From Capsulimonadales bacterium (GTDB lineage: Bacteria; Armatimonadota; Armatimonadia; Armatimonadales; Armatimonadaceae), in assembly GCA_033762295.1 (NCBI GenBank), contig JANRLW010000094.1, forward strand, positions 1 to 20,675: a DNA stretch of 20,675 nt. Reading direction: 5' to 3'. The notes under the pieces were generated by a model, which was given only the letters and a program-made list of their open reading frames with translations, was not told where the DNA came from and searched no databases. Below are positions 9,312-17,089 of this stretch, piece after piece (position 1 is the first letter of the stretch; every line of letters begins with the position of its first letter). A program made the position numbers and the translations under genes.

Positions 9312-10001
9312 ATGGACACCCTCCGAATGGCGTTGCCGTTATCGCTGAAGGTGACGGCGCTGGCCATGGCGATCGTGGTTCCGGTCGGACTCTGGGCGGG
9401 CTGGCAACTGGCGAGAAGCGGTCGCTTTTTCGGACGTTCGCTCGTGGAAACGCTGCTGGCGCTGCCTCTGGCGCTGCCACCGACCGTCGTCGGTTACGGA
9501 TTGCTCCTGCTCTTCGGGCGCGGGACGCCCTTCGGACGCTGGCTGCAGGATGTCCTTCACGTCTCCCTGCTGTTTACCTGGCAGGGGGCGGCTATCGCGG
9601 CGGCAATCATGGCGCTGCCGCTGTTCGTCCGCTCGGCGGAGGCCGCCTTCTCCTTCGTCGATCGTGATCTGATGGAGTGCGCTCGAACGCTCGGGGCGGA
9701 CGAGGGAGCGATTCTGTTCCGGGTGCTGATTCCCCTCGCCTGGCAGGGCCTGCTTTCCGGAGCCATGCTGGCGTTCGCCCGCGCGCTCGGAGAGTTCGGC
9801 GCGACTCTGATGGTCGCGGGATCGATTCCGGGCGAGACGGAGACACTGCCGCTGGCGCTCTACGCAGCGGTTCAGGCGGGCGACGACCGGACCGCGCTTC
9901 TGATGGCGGGAACCCTGATGGGCGTCGCCTATGCCGCCACGGCGTTCTCCCTGCGGCGGAGCGAACGGTCGGACCGGGGGATCGAACTCCGGATGCGATG
10001 A
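9312..10001 (+). CDS. modB: Molybdate ABC transporter permease
   Basis: LPLALPPTVVGYGLL, FTWQGAAIAA, EAA-like loop ECARTLGA, FARALGEFGATLMVAGSIPGETETLPLA. Start at ATG 9312. Confidence 0.9.
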   Translation: MDTLRMALPLSLKVTALAMAIVVPVGLWAGWQLARSGRFFGRSLVETLLALPLALPPTVVGYGLLLLFGRGTPFGRWLQDVLHVSLLFTWQGAAIAAAIMALPLFVRSAEAAFSFVDRDLMECARTLGADEGAILFRVLIPLAWQGLLSGAMLAFARALGEFGATLMVAGSIPGETETLPLALYAAVQAGDDRTALLMAGTLMGVAYAATAFSLRRSERSDRGIELRMR

Positions 10002-10003
10002 GA

Positions 10004-10032
10004 TAACGGGTAACGGGTTAACGGGTAACGGT
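10004..10032. repeat. Short tandem heptamer repeat (TAACGGG)x4, imperfect
   Basis: taacggg taacggg t taacggg taacggt, between the convergent stops of modB and the RsbW-like gene. Confidence 0.8.
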
Positions 10033-10042
10033 ACGAGCCCCG

Positions 10043-10558
10043 TCAGGAGAGCCATTTCCGCATCAAGGCGACCGTTTTGCCATCCCGGACGAAGTACTCG
10101 ACCTCGTCCATCATGATGTTCATCAAGGCGAGGCCGCGCCCGTTCTCGGCCAGAAGCTCCGCGTCGGGCATCTTGCCGGGCGTTTCGGGTTGAAATCCCC
10201 CGCTTTCATTGATTACCTCGATCTCCAGAAGGTTGGCGTGCAGACGAATCACCACATCGACTTCCGGCCTGCCGTCTTCGGCGCGGGCATAGGCGACCGC
10301 ATTGTTTACGGCCTCTCCGACCGCCAGTTTGACGGCCGCGCGAACGTCCTCCGAAAGCGAGCGCAGCTGACAGAGACAATCGACCATCTCCCGGACCACC
10401 CGGACATATCCGGAAGCGGCGGGGATGCGAACGTGCACCGGGACCGCCACCCGTTCCTCGGAAAACAGTGTCTCCGTCAGGTCGGCAGTGTCGCCGGGCG
10501 AAAGCGGCGAAAGATCGGTGCGTGTGTCAATGGCCATTTTAGGCGGGTTTTCCTGCAT
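10043..10558 (-). CDS. RsbW/SpoIIAB-like anti-sigma factor / Ser kinase (HATPase_c_2)
   Basis: VKLAVGEAVNNAVAYA (N box), ENGRGLALM..MMDEVEY (G2 box), GKTVALMRK. Alternative start at ATG 10537. Confidence 0.85.
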   Translation of the reverse strand: MQENPPKMAIDTRTDLSPLSPGDTADLTETLFSEERVAVPVHVRIPAASGYVRVVREMVDCLCQLRSLSEDVRAAVKLAVGEAVNNAVAYARAEDGRPEVDVVIRLHANLLEIEVINESGGFQPETPGKMPDAELLAENGRGLALMNIMMDEVEYFVRDGKTVALMRKWLS

Positions 10559-10643
10559 CAGTTCCTGTAAGTCGTGGTTTCACCTGACACCGATCGGTCG
10601 ATTCCGATTGCAGATTCGGACTGTTGCCTGACGTTATTCACAC

Positions 10644-10668
10644 GACGATACATTATAGTATGACGATA
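10644..10668 (-). promoter_or_regulatory. Putative internal promoter (-10 TATAAT) for the RsbW-like gene, flanked by 7-bp direct repeats
   Basis: Minus strand TATCGTC-atac-TATAAT-g-TATCGTC, with TATAAT at 10657-10652. No good -35. Confidence 0.45.
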
Positions 10669-10760
10669 TTTACCGGCGGATTGGTTTCGGCGTATTCCGA
10701 CTTCTTTTTCGGCGGACGGGCTATTTTTCCGCCGATACTCCCGACCGACCCGGAACCGGG

Positions 10761-13241
10761 TCACCGGGCGCGGCTGAGCAGGGTTGCCGCCGTTTCCAGT
10801 ACCAGTTGACGGGTCGCTCCCGCCCCCGATCCGAGCAGTACGGCGACCGCCACCTCCCGCCCCGGCGAATAGGCGACCTGAAATTCGACCGTCTCGTTCT
10901 TCCCCGCTTCCAGCGCCTCCGAGAGAGCGGCCAGGGTGAAAGGGTCCGGAGCGGAGGATGCGGTGCCGGTGCGCCAGTGGCTTTCCTCCCGGTAGAAGGT
11001 AAGAATCGGGGCGTTCAAACCGAGGGCGAGTGCCGCCACCACCTCCTCGGCCTGCACCTCCTCGGTATGGGTGGCCATGTTGAGCAGCCGTTCGAGGAGA
11101 CGAGCGGTACGTTCGCTGCGTTCGCCCTCCTGCGCCAGACGAGCATTGCGAAAGGCCACCGCCGCCTGAGTGGCGAACGTCAGCAGCAGACGAACCTCCT
11201 CGGCCTGCCAGTGCCGGTGATCCCGCGTGTAGACTTCCAGTACCCCGATCACCTCCGATCCGCCCCGCAACGGAACTCCGAGGTAGGACATGATACCGCC
11301 ACGGACCGGGCGGTCGTAACCGGCCGAGAACCGCGGGTCGTCCGGCAGGTTTTCCACGGTCAGTGGGCGGGCCTGCTGTACGACCCATCCGGTGGGGGAA
11401 GCGGCGACCACCGGAACCGGGCCGCCTCCGCTCTCCACACGAAAACCGACCGCCGCCGCGACCTCCACCAGCGCGCGACCCTCCGGGCCGCGCCGAACGG
11501 CGTGGAGAACGCAGCGATCCGCCTCCATCACATCCTGGGTCAGACTGGCGATCAGTTCGGGAACGTTTTGCGGGGAGCGCGTCGCGGAGAGCGCCCGGGC
11601 GACCCGATGGAAGAACTTTCGCACATCGCTCGATTTGCGCCGGACGGTCGTATAGACCCGCGCATTCTCGATCGCGACCGCCGCCTGGTTGGCAATCGTG
11701 TAAAGCAACTCCATCTCCGCCACCGTAAACAGACGACGGCGTGAGGACAGGGCGGTCAGCACCCCGATGGTGGAGGTGCCCAGTTGCAGCGGCATCGCGA
11801 CCAGGGAGACGGCGCCTTCGGTATGGAACGGTGCGGAGGCATTGCGCTGGTCCGCCGCGATATCCCGGACCGCCGTCGGTGTCTCGAACTCCATGACCCA
11901 ACCAATGATTCCCTGCCCGATCCGCGGACGGAGACGTTCGGACGCGCCTTCGGGAAGGCCCCGTTGAAAAACCAGTTCCAGAACGTCGCCGTGCCGTTCC
12001 CGCAGAAAGAGAGCGAATTTGTCGACCGAGACCAGATGGAGAACGGCATCCGCAACGCGTTCCAGAATATCGGGGAGGCGCAGAGTGGAGGTGACCGCCT
12101 GGGAAAGCTCATACAGGGCGGCCGCTTCCTCGGCGCGGCGGGTCGCATCCTCGTACAGACTCGCGTTCTCCAGAGCGACCGCCGCCTGCGCCGCGACGGC
12201 GGTCAGCAGATTCGTCTCGGCGTTGGAAAATTCGTCGGTGTCGGACAGCGCCAGCACGAGGCCATGCGCGGTATCTCCGGCCCGGATCGGAGCGGCCAGC
12301 GCGGTCCGCGCCGATCGCTCCGGAAAGATCGGCGCGGTTTGAAGCAACCGACCCGGGAAGAACGGAAGGGACGCCATCTCCTCGTCGGAATCGGTGAACC
12401 GGATCAGGGAAGGCCCCCGGTCCGTGAGCAGCAGACGACCGACGCCGCTATCGGCTGCCAGCGTGATTTCCCGCTCCTCTTCCGTCAGCCCCGATTCCTC
12501 GGCAATATAGAGATGCGTCCGCTCGTCGTTGGTGAGAAAGGCGACGACGGCGGTCGATTCGATATGCTTGGAAGCCTGCTCGACGACGGCCTGCAGGACC
12601 TCCTGAGCGGTCAACTGCCCGGATACCCGCCGAACCGCCTCGTTCAACATCGTCAGTTCCCGACTCTGCCGCTGCTCGTTCTGCCGAAGGCGCGTGCTGC
12701 CGATAACGATGGCGGCGATGTTGCTGAGCGTCGACAGGGTCAGGAAATCCGTGCCATCGAAGGGCAGGTTACCGGCCTTATTCAGGGCGGTCAGGGAACC
12801 CACCGGCACGCCGTCGTCGTAGATCGGAACGACCAGGGCGGATTCCACCCGGGGCGGGTTACCGCCGGTCAACAGCGGGCGGTAGGCCAGAAAGGGTTCG
12901 CCCGTTCGCGCGGTGTTTCCGGCGACCGTATCCGTCAACCGGACCTGGGAGCCGAGCATCTCCTCCGCCTGCTCACCGGCGACCGCGACAAAGGTGACGG
13001 TGTCCGCGCCGTCATCGAGCAGGGCAATGGCCGACGACCCGCTGCCGGTCATCAGACAGACCTTCTGTGTCACCAGATTGAGAACGAACTCCTGCGTCTC
13101 GCCGTGAGCGATCACCCCCAGGATTTCATGGAGAACGGAAAGCACGGTCGCCGGCGACGTGGTGACCGACGGGACGGCAGGAGGTGAACTTCCCATGTCG
13201 GGAAGCGGAGCGGGGTCCGTGCTGTTGGCCTCGTCGGTCAT
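10761..13241 (-). CDS. Multi-GAF domain protein (four GAF domains plus a degenerate C-terminal domain), no recognisable output domain
   Basis: Four GAF signatures (SALVVPI..GVPVGSL; TALAAPI...HGLV; SLVAMPL...IGVL; SYLGVPL...IGVL), each followed by a helix such as QAAVA[IL]ENAxLY. Start taken at ATG 13241. Confidence 0.88.
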   Translation of the reverse strand: MTDEANSTDPAPLPDMGSSPPAVPSVTTSPATVLSVLHEILGVIAHGETQEFVLNLVTQKVCLMTGSGSSAIALLDDGADTVTFVAVAGEQAEEMLGSQVRLTDTVAGNTARTGEPFLAYRPLLTGGNPPRVESALVVPIYDDGVPVGSLTALNKAGNLPFDGTDFLTLSTLSNIAAIVIGSTRLRQNEQRQSRELTMLNEAVRRVSGQLTAQEVLQAVVEQASKHIESTAVVAFLTNDERTHLYIAEESGLTEEEREITLAADSGVGRLLLTDRGPSLIRFTDSDEEMASLPFFPGRLLQTAPIFPERSARTALAAPIRAGDTAHGLVLALSDTDEFSNAETNLLTAVAAQAAVALENASLYEDATRRAEEAAALYELSQAVTSTLRLPDILERVADAVLHLVSVDKFALFLRERHGDVLELVFQRGLPEGASERLRPRIGQGIIGWVMEFETPTAVRDIAADQRNASAPFHTEGAVSLVAMPLQLGTSTIGVLTALSSRRRLFTVAEMELLYTIANQAAVAIENARVYTTVRRKSSDVRKFFHRVARALSATRSPQNVPELIASLTQDVMEADRCVLHAVRRGPEGRALVEVAAAVGFRVESGGGPVPVVAASPTGWVVQQARPLTVENLPDDPRFSAGYDRPVRGGIMSYLGVPLRGGSEVIGVLEVYTRDHRHWQAEEVRLLLTFATQAAVAFRNARLAQEGERSERTARLLERLLNMATHTEEVQAEEVVAALALGLNAPILTFYREESHWRTGTASSAPDPFTLAALSEALEAGKNETVEFQVAYSPGREVAVAVLLGSGAGATRQLVLETAATLLSRAR

Positions 13242-13289
13242 GTTCGCGGATCGAGAAAACAAGAGAACAGGCGTTTCTGAAACCGTGCC

Positions 13290-13319
13290 ATTGTAGCCGC
13301 TTCCCGTTTGTTACGTCAA
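13290..13319 (-). promoter_or_regulatory. Sigma70-type promoter for the GAF gene
   Basis: Minus strand TTGACG (13319-13314), 18 nt spacer, TACAAT (13295-13290). Confidence 0.7.
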
Positions 13320-13344
13320 GGGGACAAATAATCGAGCCGGACGG

Positions 13345-13350
13345 TACAAT
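13345..13350 (+). promoter_or_regulatory. -10 element for a leaderless hisD mRNA
   Basis: TACAAT ends 7 nt before ATG 13358, with no SD between. Confidence 0.55.
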
Positions 13351-13357
13351 ACGGGCC

Positions 13358-14644
13358 ATGCGCACCTTCGATACCCGTTCGACCCCGATCGCCGACCTGG
13401 GACGCCTTTTTGATGAACGCCTGGAGGCCGCCGCCGCCGACGCGGAAGAGGCCGTTCGCGAAATCCTTGCCGACGTGCGAAACCGGGGCGATGCCGCCGT
13501 TCTGGACTACACCCGCCGTTTCGATTATCCGCACGCGGAAAACCTTCGGGTTCCCGAGGAACGGATCGAGGAGGCGGCCGAGCGGATCGCACGAACGCCC
13601 CTGCAAAACGCTCTGGAGCAGGCGGCGCAGCGGATTCGCGTCTTCCACGAGAAGCATCGGCGTACCTCCTGGATCGATGCGGAGCGTCCCGGCGAAACCC
13701 TCGGGCAGATCGTCCGACCGCTGGCGCAGGTCGGCATCTACGTACCGGGCGGGACGGCGGACTACCCGTCGACCGTCCTGATGACCTGCATTCCGGCGGC
13801 CGTCGCCGGAGTCGGGCGGATCGCCGTCGCGACCCCGCCGAACCGCGAGACCGGGCTTCCGCCGATCGCGACGCTCGCCGCCCTGCGTATCGCCGGTGTC
13901 ACCGAGGTTTACGCCATGGGCGGAGCGCAGGCCATCGCCGCATTCGCCTTCGGAACCCGGAGCGTGGCGCGGGTCGATAAGGTCTTCGGACCGGGAAACG
14001 TCTACGTCAATCTGGCAAAGAAGATGGTGTACGGCATGGTCGGAGTCGACCTGCTCGCCGGGCCGAGCGAGGTGGCGGTCCTGGCGGACGAGGCGGGCGA
14101 CCCGGTCGCCGCCGCCGCCGATATCCTGACCCAGTGTGAACATGATACCAACAGCTCCGCGCTGGTCGTGTCCCCCTCGGAGGCGTTCCTGCAGGCGGTG
14201 CGGGAGGAGATCGCACGGCAGGCAACCACCCTGCCGCGCGGCGAGATCGCACGGCAGGCGCTGGCAGCGCACGGTTTTTGCGTCCTGACCCGTGACCTGA
14301 GCGAAGCGGCGGCGGTCGTCTCCCGATACGCGCCGGAACACCTGCACCTCGACACCCGGGAACCGTACGGTCTGCTCGGGGCGATCACGAACGCCGGGGC
14401 GATTCTGATCGGGCGGCATACCTCCGCGCCGCTCGGGGACTATGTCGCCGGTCCGAGCCACACCCTGCCGACCGCCGGCTGCGCCCGGTTCGCCTCCCCG
14501 CTCAATATTGACGACTTCACCAAGAAGACCAGCCTGCTCGCGTTTTCGGCGGACGCCGCCTCCGCCCTGAGCGAGGCCGCCGTCGTCTTCGCCGAGTTTG
14601 AGGGACTGGAAGGACATGCGCGCGCCGCCCGTCGGCATCGCTGA
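13358..14644 (+). CDS. hisD: Histidinol dehydrogenase
   Basis: GIYVPGG, GGAQAIAA, GPGNVYV..AK, AGPSEV, QCEHD, APEHL, GDYVAGPSHTLPT, EGLEGHA. Start at ATG 13358. Confidence 0.96.
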   Translation: MRTFDTRSTPIADLGRLFDERLEAAAADAEEAVREILADVRNRGDAAVLDYTRRFDYPHAENLRVPEERIEEAAERIARTPLQNALEQAAQRIRVFHEKHRRTSWIDAERPGETLGQIVRPLAQVGIYVPGGTADYPSTVLMTCIPAAVAGVGRIAVATPPNRETGLPPIATLAALRIAGVTEVYAMGGAQAIAAFAFGTRSVARVDKVFGPGNVYVNLAKKMVYGMVGVDLLAGPSEVAVLADEAGDPVAAAADILTQCEHDTNSSALVVSPSEAFLQAVREEIARQATTLPRGEIARQALAAHGFCVLTRDLSEAAAVVSRYAPEHLHLDTREPYGLLGAITNAGAILIGRHTSAPLGDYVAGPSHTLPTAGCARFASPLNIDDFTKKTSLLAFSADAASALSEAAVVFAEFEGLEGHARAARRHR

Positions 14645-14671
14645 TTCCGGCGGCAATATCCCCGATCGCGC

Positions 14672-16030
14672 CTAGAGCAGCCCCTCCTCACGCATCAACT
14701 GCGGCAGAAAGGCGGTCGAAAGTTCGTTGTCGCGGTAACGTGGGTCGGCAAGGATCCGGAGAAGGAAGGGGATGTTCGTCGGAATGCCCCGAATGATCGT
14801 CTCCTCCAGACAGCGTTGCATACGGGCGATCGCTTCGGTCCGGTTCGCGCCCCAGACGATAATCTTCGCCAGGTTGGAGTCGTAATAGGGGGGGACGACG
14901 TAGTCCGTGTAGATCTGAGTATCGACACGGACACCCAGACCGCCCGGCAGTCGGACGGTCGTCAACGGACCGGCGGCAGGAGCGAAGTTTCGCTGTGGGT
15001 CCTGCGCGGTTACCCGGCACTCGATCGAGTGCCCATGCCACTCGATCTCCTCCTGCCGGTAGGGTAATGGTTCGCCGGCGGCGATGCGGATCTGCCACTG
15101 CACGAGATCGATGCCGGTGACCGCTTCGGTCACCGGATGTTCGACCTGGATCCGTGTGTTCATTTCCATGAAATAGAACTCACCCTCGGGCGTGAAGATG
15201 AATTCGACCGTTCCCGCGTTGGTGTAACCGACGGCCTGCGCCGCCCGGACGGCGGCTTCGCCCATCCGCCGCCGCAGGTCCGGGGTCAGACTCGCCGAGG
15301 GGGCCTCCTCAACCACCTTCTGGTGGCGCACCGTCTGGACCGAGCACTCTCGTTCTCCCAGATGGAGATAGTTCCCGTGCCGGTCCGCGAGTACCTGGAC
15401 CTCGATGTGCCGCATCTGCCGGATGTACTTCTCCATGTACACGTCCGGATTGCCGAACGCCGAGGACGCTTCCGACTGGGCGATTTTGAGAACGCGGAGC
15501 AGTTCGTCCTCATCCTCGACCACCCGAATGCCGCGTCCGCCTCCGCCGGCCGTCGCCTTGACGACGACCGGGTAGCCGATGCCGGCCGCAACCCGCGCGG
15601 CGTCGGTTTCATCGCCGAGAACGCCTTCGGAACCGGGGACCGTCGGAACACCCGCCGCTCTGGCCGTTCGGCGCGCCGTCGCCTTATCACCCATCGCCTC
15701 GATCGCCGCGACGGGCGGACCGATGAAGGTGAGTCCGGCGGCGGCGCAGACCTCCGCGAAGGAGGCGACCTCGGACAGAAACCCGTAGCCGGGGTGGATC
15801 GCTTCCGCGCCGGTGATCAGGGCGGCGGAGATGATGTTCGGGACGTTCAGGTAGGAGTCCTTGCCGGCCGGAGGACCGACACAGACCGCCTCATCGGCGA
15901 GTTGCACCGGAAGGGAATCGATGTCCGCCTGGGAGTGTATCGCCACCGTCGCGATCCCCATCTCCCGGCAGGCGCGAATCACCCGGACGGCGATCTCGCC
16001 GCGATTGGCTATCAGTATCTTCTTGAACAT
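14672..16030 (-). CDS. accC: Biotin carboxylase (acetyl-CoA carboxylase biotin carboxylase subunit)
   Basis: MFKKILIANRGEIAVR, IHPGYGFLSE, MGDK, KATAGGGGRG, RHIEVQ, FMEMNTRIQVEHPVTE, PPYYDS. True start is ATG 16030. Confidence 0.93.
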   Translation of the reverse strand: MFKKILIANRGEIAVRVIRACREMGIATVAIHSQADIDSLPVQLADEAVCVGPPAGKDSYLNVPNIISAALITGAEAIHPGYGFLSEVASFAEVCAAAGLTFIGPPVAAIEAMGDKATARRTARAAGVPTVPGSEGVLGDETDAARVAAGIGYPVVVKATAGGGGRGIRVVEDEDELLRVLKIAQSEASSAFGNPDVYMEKYIRQMRHIEVQVLADRHGNYLHLGERECSVQTVRHQKVVEEAPSASLTPDLRRRMGEAAVRAAQAVGYTNAGTVEFIFTPEGEFYFMEMNTRIQVEHPVTEAVTGIDLVQWQIRIAAGEPLPYRQEEIEWHGHSIECRVTAQDPQRNFAPAAGPLTTVRLPGGLGVRVDTQIYTDYVVPPYYDSNLAKIIVWGANRTEAIARMQRCLEETIIRGIPTNIPFLLRILADPRYRDNELSTAFLPQLMREEGLL

Positions 16031-16068
16031 GTCTGTTGGAAAGGTTTGAGCGGTACGGGAAAGCGGAC

Positions 16069-16491
16069 CTACGGCCCGATCTGCGGAAGGTTCGCGCCTC
16101 CGCCCAGATTGGGAATCTCCGCGGTGCCGCCGGAGTTGCCGACGCGTCCGGTGACCGGATCGTAGGCCAGAGGCCGTTTCGTCACCGGATCGAGCAGCAT
16201 TTCGTCGGTGACCCCGTACGATTTCAGTTCGAGCAGCGTCTCCGGATTGCGGTCGTCGTGATCCTGTCGGTACATCTGCAACGCCAGGTTGATCTGCCCG
16301 ATATATTCGGTGCCGGCGACCTGTTTGGCGCGTTCGCGCGGTGCAACGATCCTCTTTTTGGTGACCGGGTCCGTTCCGCCCAGCAGACGGGGCAACAGCA
16401 GGGAGGCGAGAATGGCAATGATCACGGCGACCACAAGCAGTTCGATCAGACCGAAGGCACGTGTGCGCGCCGACGCGGAAGGACGATGCAT
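16069..16491 (-). CDS. Prepilin-type N-terminal cleavage/methylation domain protein (GspG-like pseudopilin)
   Basis: Basic leader followed by A|FGLIELLVVAVIIAILASLLLP (class III signal, Glu5). ALQMY...P.TL.EL and DP....L.Y resemble GspG-like pilins. SD GGAGG lies in the end of the upstream gene. Confidence 0.8.
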   Translation of the reverse strand: MHRPSASARTRAFGLIELLVVAVIIAILASLLLPRLLGGTDPVTKKRIVAPRERAKQVAGTEYIGQINLALQMYRQDHDDRNPETLLELKSYGVTDEMLLDPVTKRPLAYDPVTGRVGNSGGTAEIPNLGGGANLPQIGP

Positions 16492-16493
16492 GG

Positions 16494-16946
16494 TTATTCC
16501 TCCGGGACGATTTCAAACAACGGCTGGCCGTATTCCACCGGCTGCCCATCCATGACCAGAATCGCCTGAATTCGCCCGCCGACCGGGGCCGTGCAGTCGT
16601 TCAGAAGGCGCATGGTCTCGATCTGCCCGAGCACCTGCCCCTCCGTTACCGGATCGCCCACCTGAATCGGCGAACGTGTCAGGGCATGAAAGACACCGAC
16701 ATATCCGGCGCAAACCGTCTCCGTTTTCGGAAGGACCGAATGCGCCGAGGGGGGAACGGCGTTGATGCCGTCGAAGAGGGCGGTGGCGACCGATGTCCTC
16801 CGCGTGCGTTCCGTCGTACGGGCCCGCGGAGGCGGTTCCGGACGGCGCAGCCGCAGACGAACGCCGTTCGCCCGAACCTCCAGTTCCGTCAGGGAGGTCG
16901 ATTCCCGCAGCACCGCCGTCAGTTCCTCAATCTGCGAATAGTCCAC
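16494..16946 (-). CDS. AccB/BCCP-like biotinyl-domain protein lacking the biotin-accepting lysine
   Basis: N-terminus MDYSQIEEL...LTELEV, then a linker, then VGVFH...IQVGDPVTEGQVLGQIETMRLLNDCTAPVGGRI...DGQPVEYGQPLFEI. This is the BCCP layout, but with MR in place of MK. Start taken at GTG 16946. Confidence 0.85.
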   Translation of the reverse strand: MDYSQIEELTAVLRESTSLTELEVRANGVRLRLRRPEPPPRARTTERTRRTSVATALFDGINAVPPSAHSVLPKTETVCAGYVGVFHALTRSPIQVGDPVTEGQVLGQIETMRLLNDCTAPVGGRIQAILVMDGQPVEYGQPLFEIVPEE

Positions 16947-16954
16947 GACTTCGA

Positions 16955-16963
16955 ATTGTATCA
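16955..16963 (-). promoter_or_regulatory. Extended -10 promoter (TGnTACAAT) for the accB-like/pilin/accC unit
   Basis: Minus strand TGATACAAT, ending 8 nt before GTG 16946. Confidence 0.55.
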
Positions 16964-17051
16964 CAGTTCCGACAGCCGGACGGTCGCAAAACGGGCAGCC
17001 GCACGTGGAGGGAACCGTCTACCCGCCCGGATGGTAAACGAAGGCGGCGAT

Positions 17052-17083
17052 TTGCCGGCGAGCCTCCGGGCATGGAATAATCT
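17052..17083 (+). promoter_or_regulatory. Putative promoter for the leaderless 17090 ORF
   Basis: TTGCCG (17052-17057), 18 nt spacer, AATAAT (17076-17081). TAATCT (17078-17083) is an alternative -10. ATG follows 6-8 nt later with no SD. Confidence 0.4.
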
Positions 17084-17089
17084 CCGTGT

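Noticed and set aside
10004..10035. Possible CRISPR or telomere-like repeat
   Set aside because: The units are 7 bp with no spacers and no cas genes. Kept only as a short tandem repeat.
13184..13357. N-terminal extension of hisD (and similar extensions of modB, the NMO-like gene, the 4225 lipoprotein ORF and the 18959 ORF)
   Set aside because: They run through promoter or intergenic sequence or overlap neighbouring genes. Downstream starts fit homology, SD or -10 positions better.
14672..16549. 625-aa version of AccC with a long N-terminal extension
   Set aside because: The extension overlaps the prepilin and accB-like genes in another frame. The canonical MFKKILIANRGE start is at 16030.
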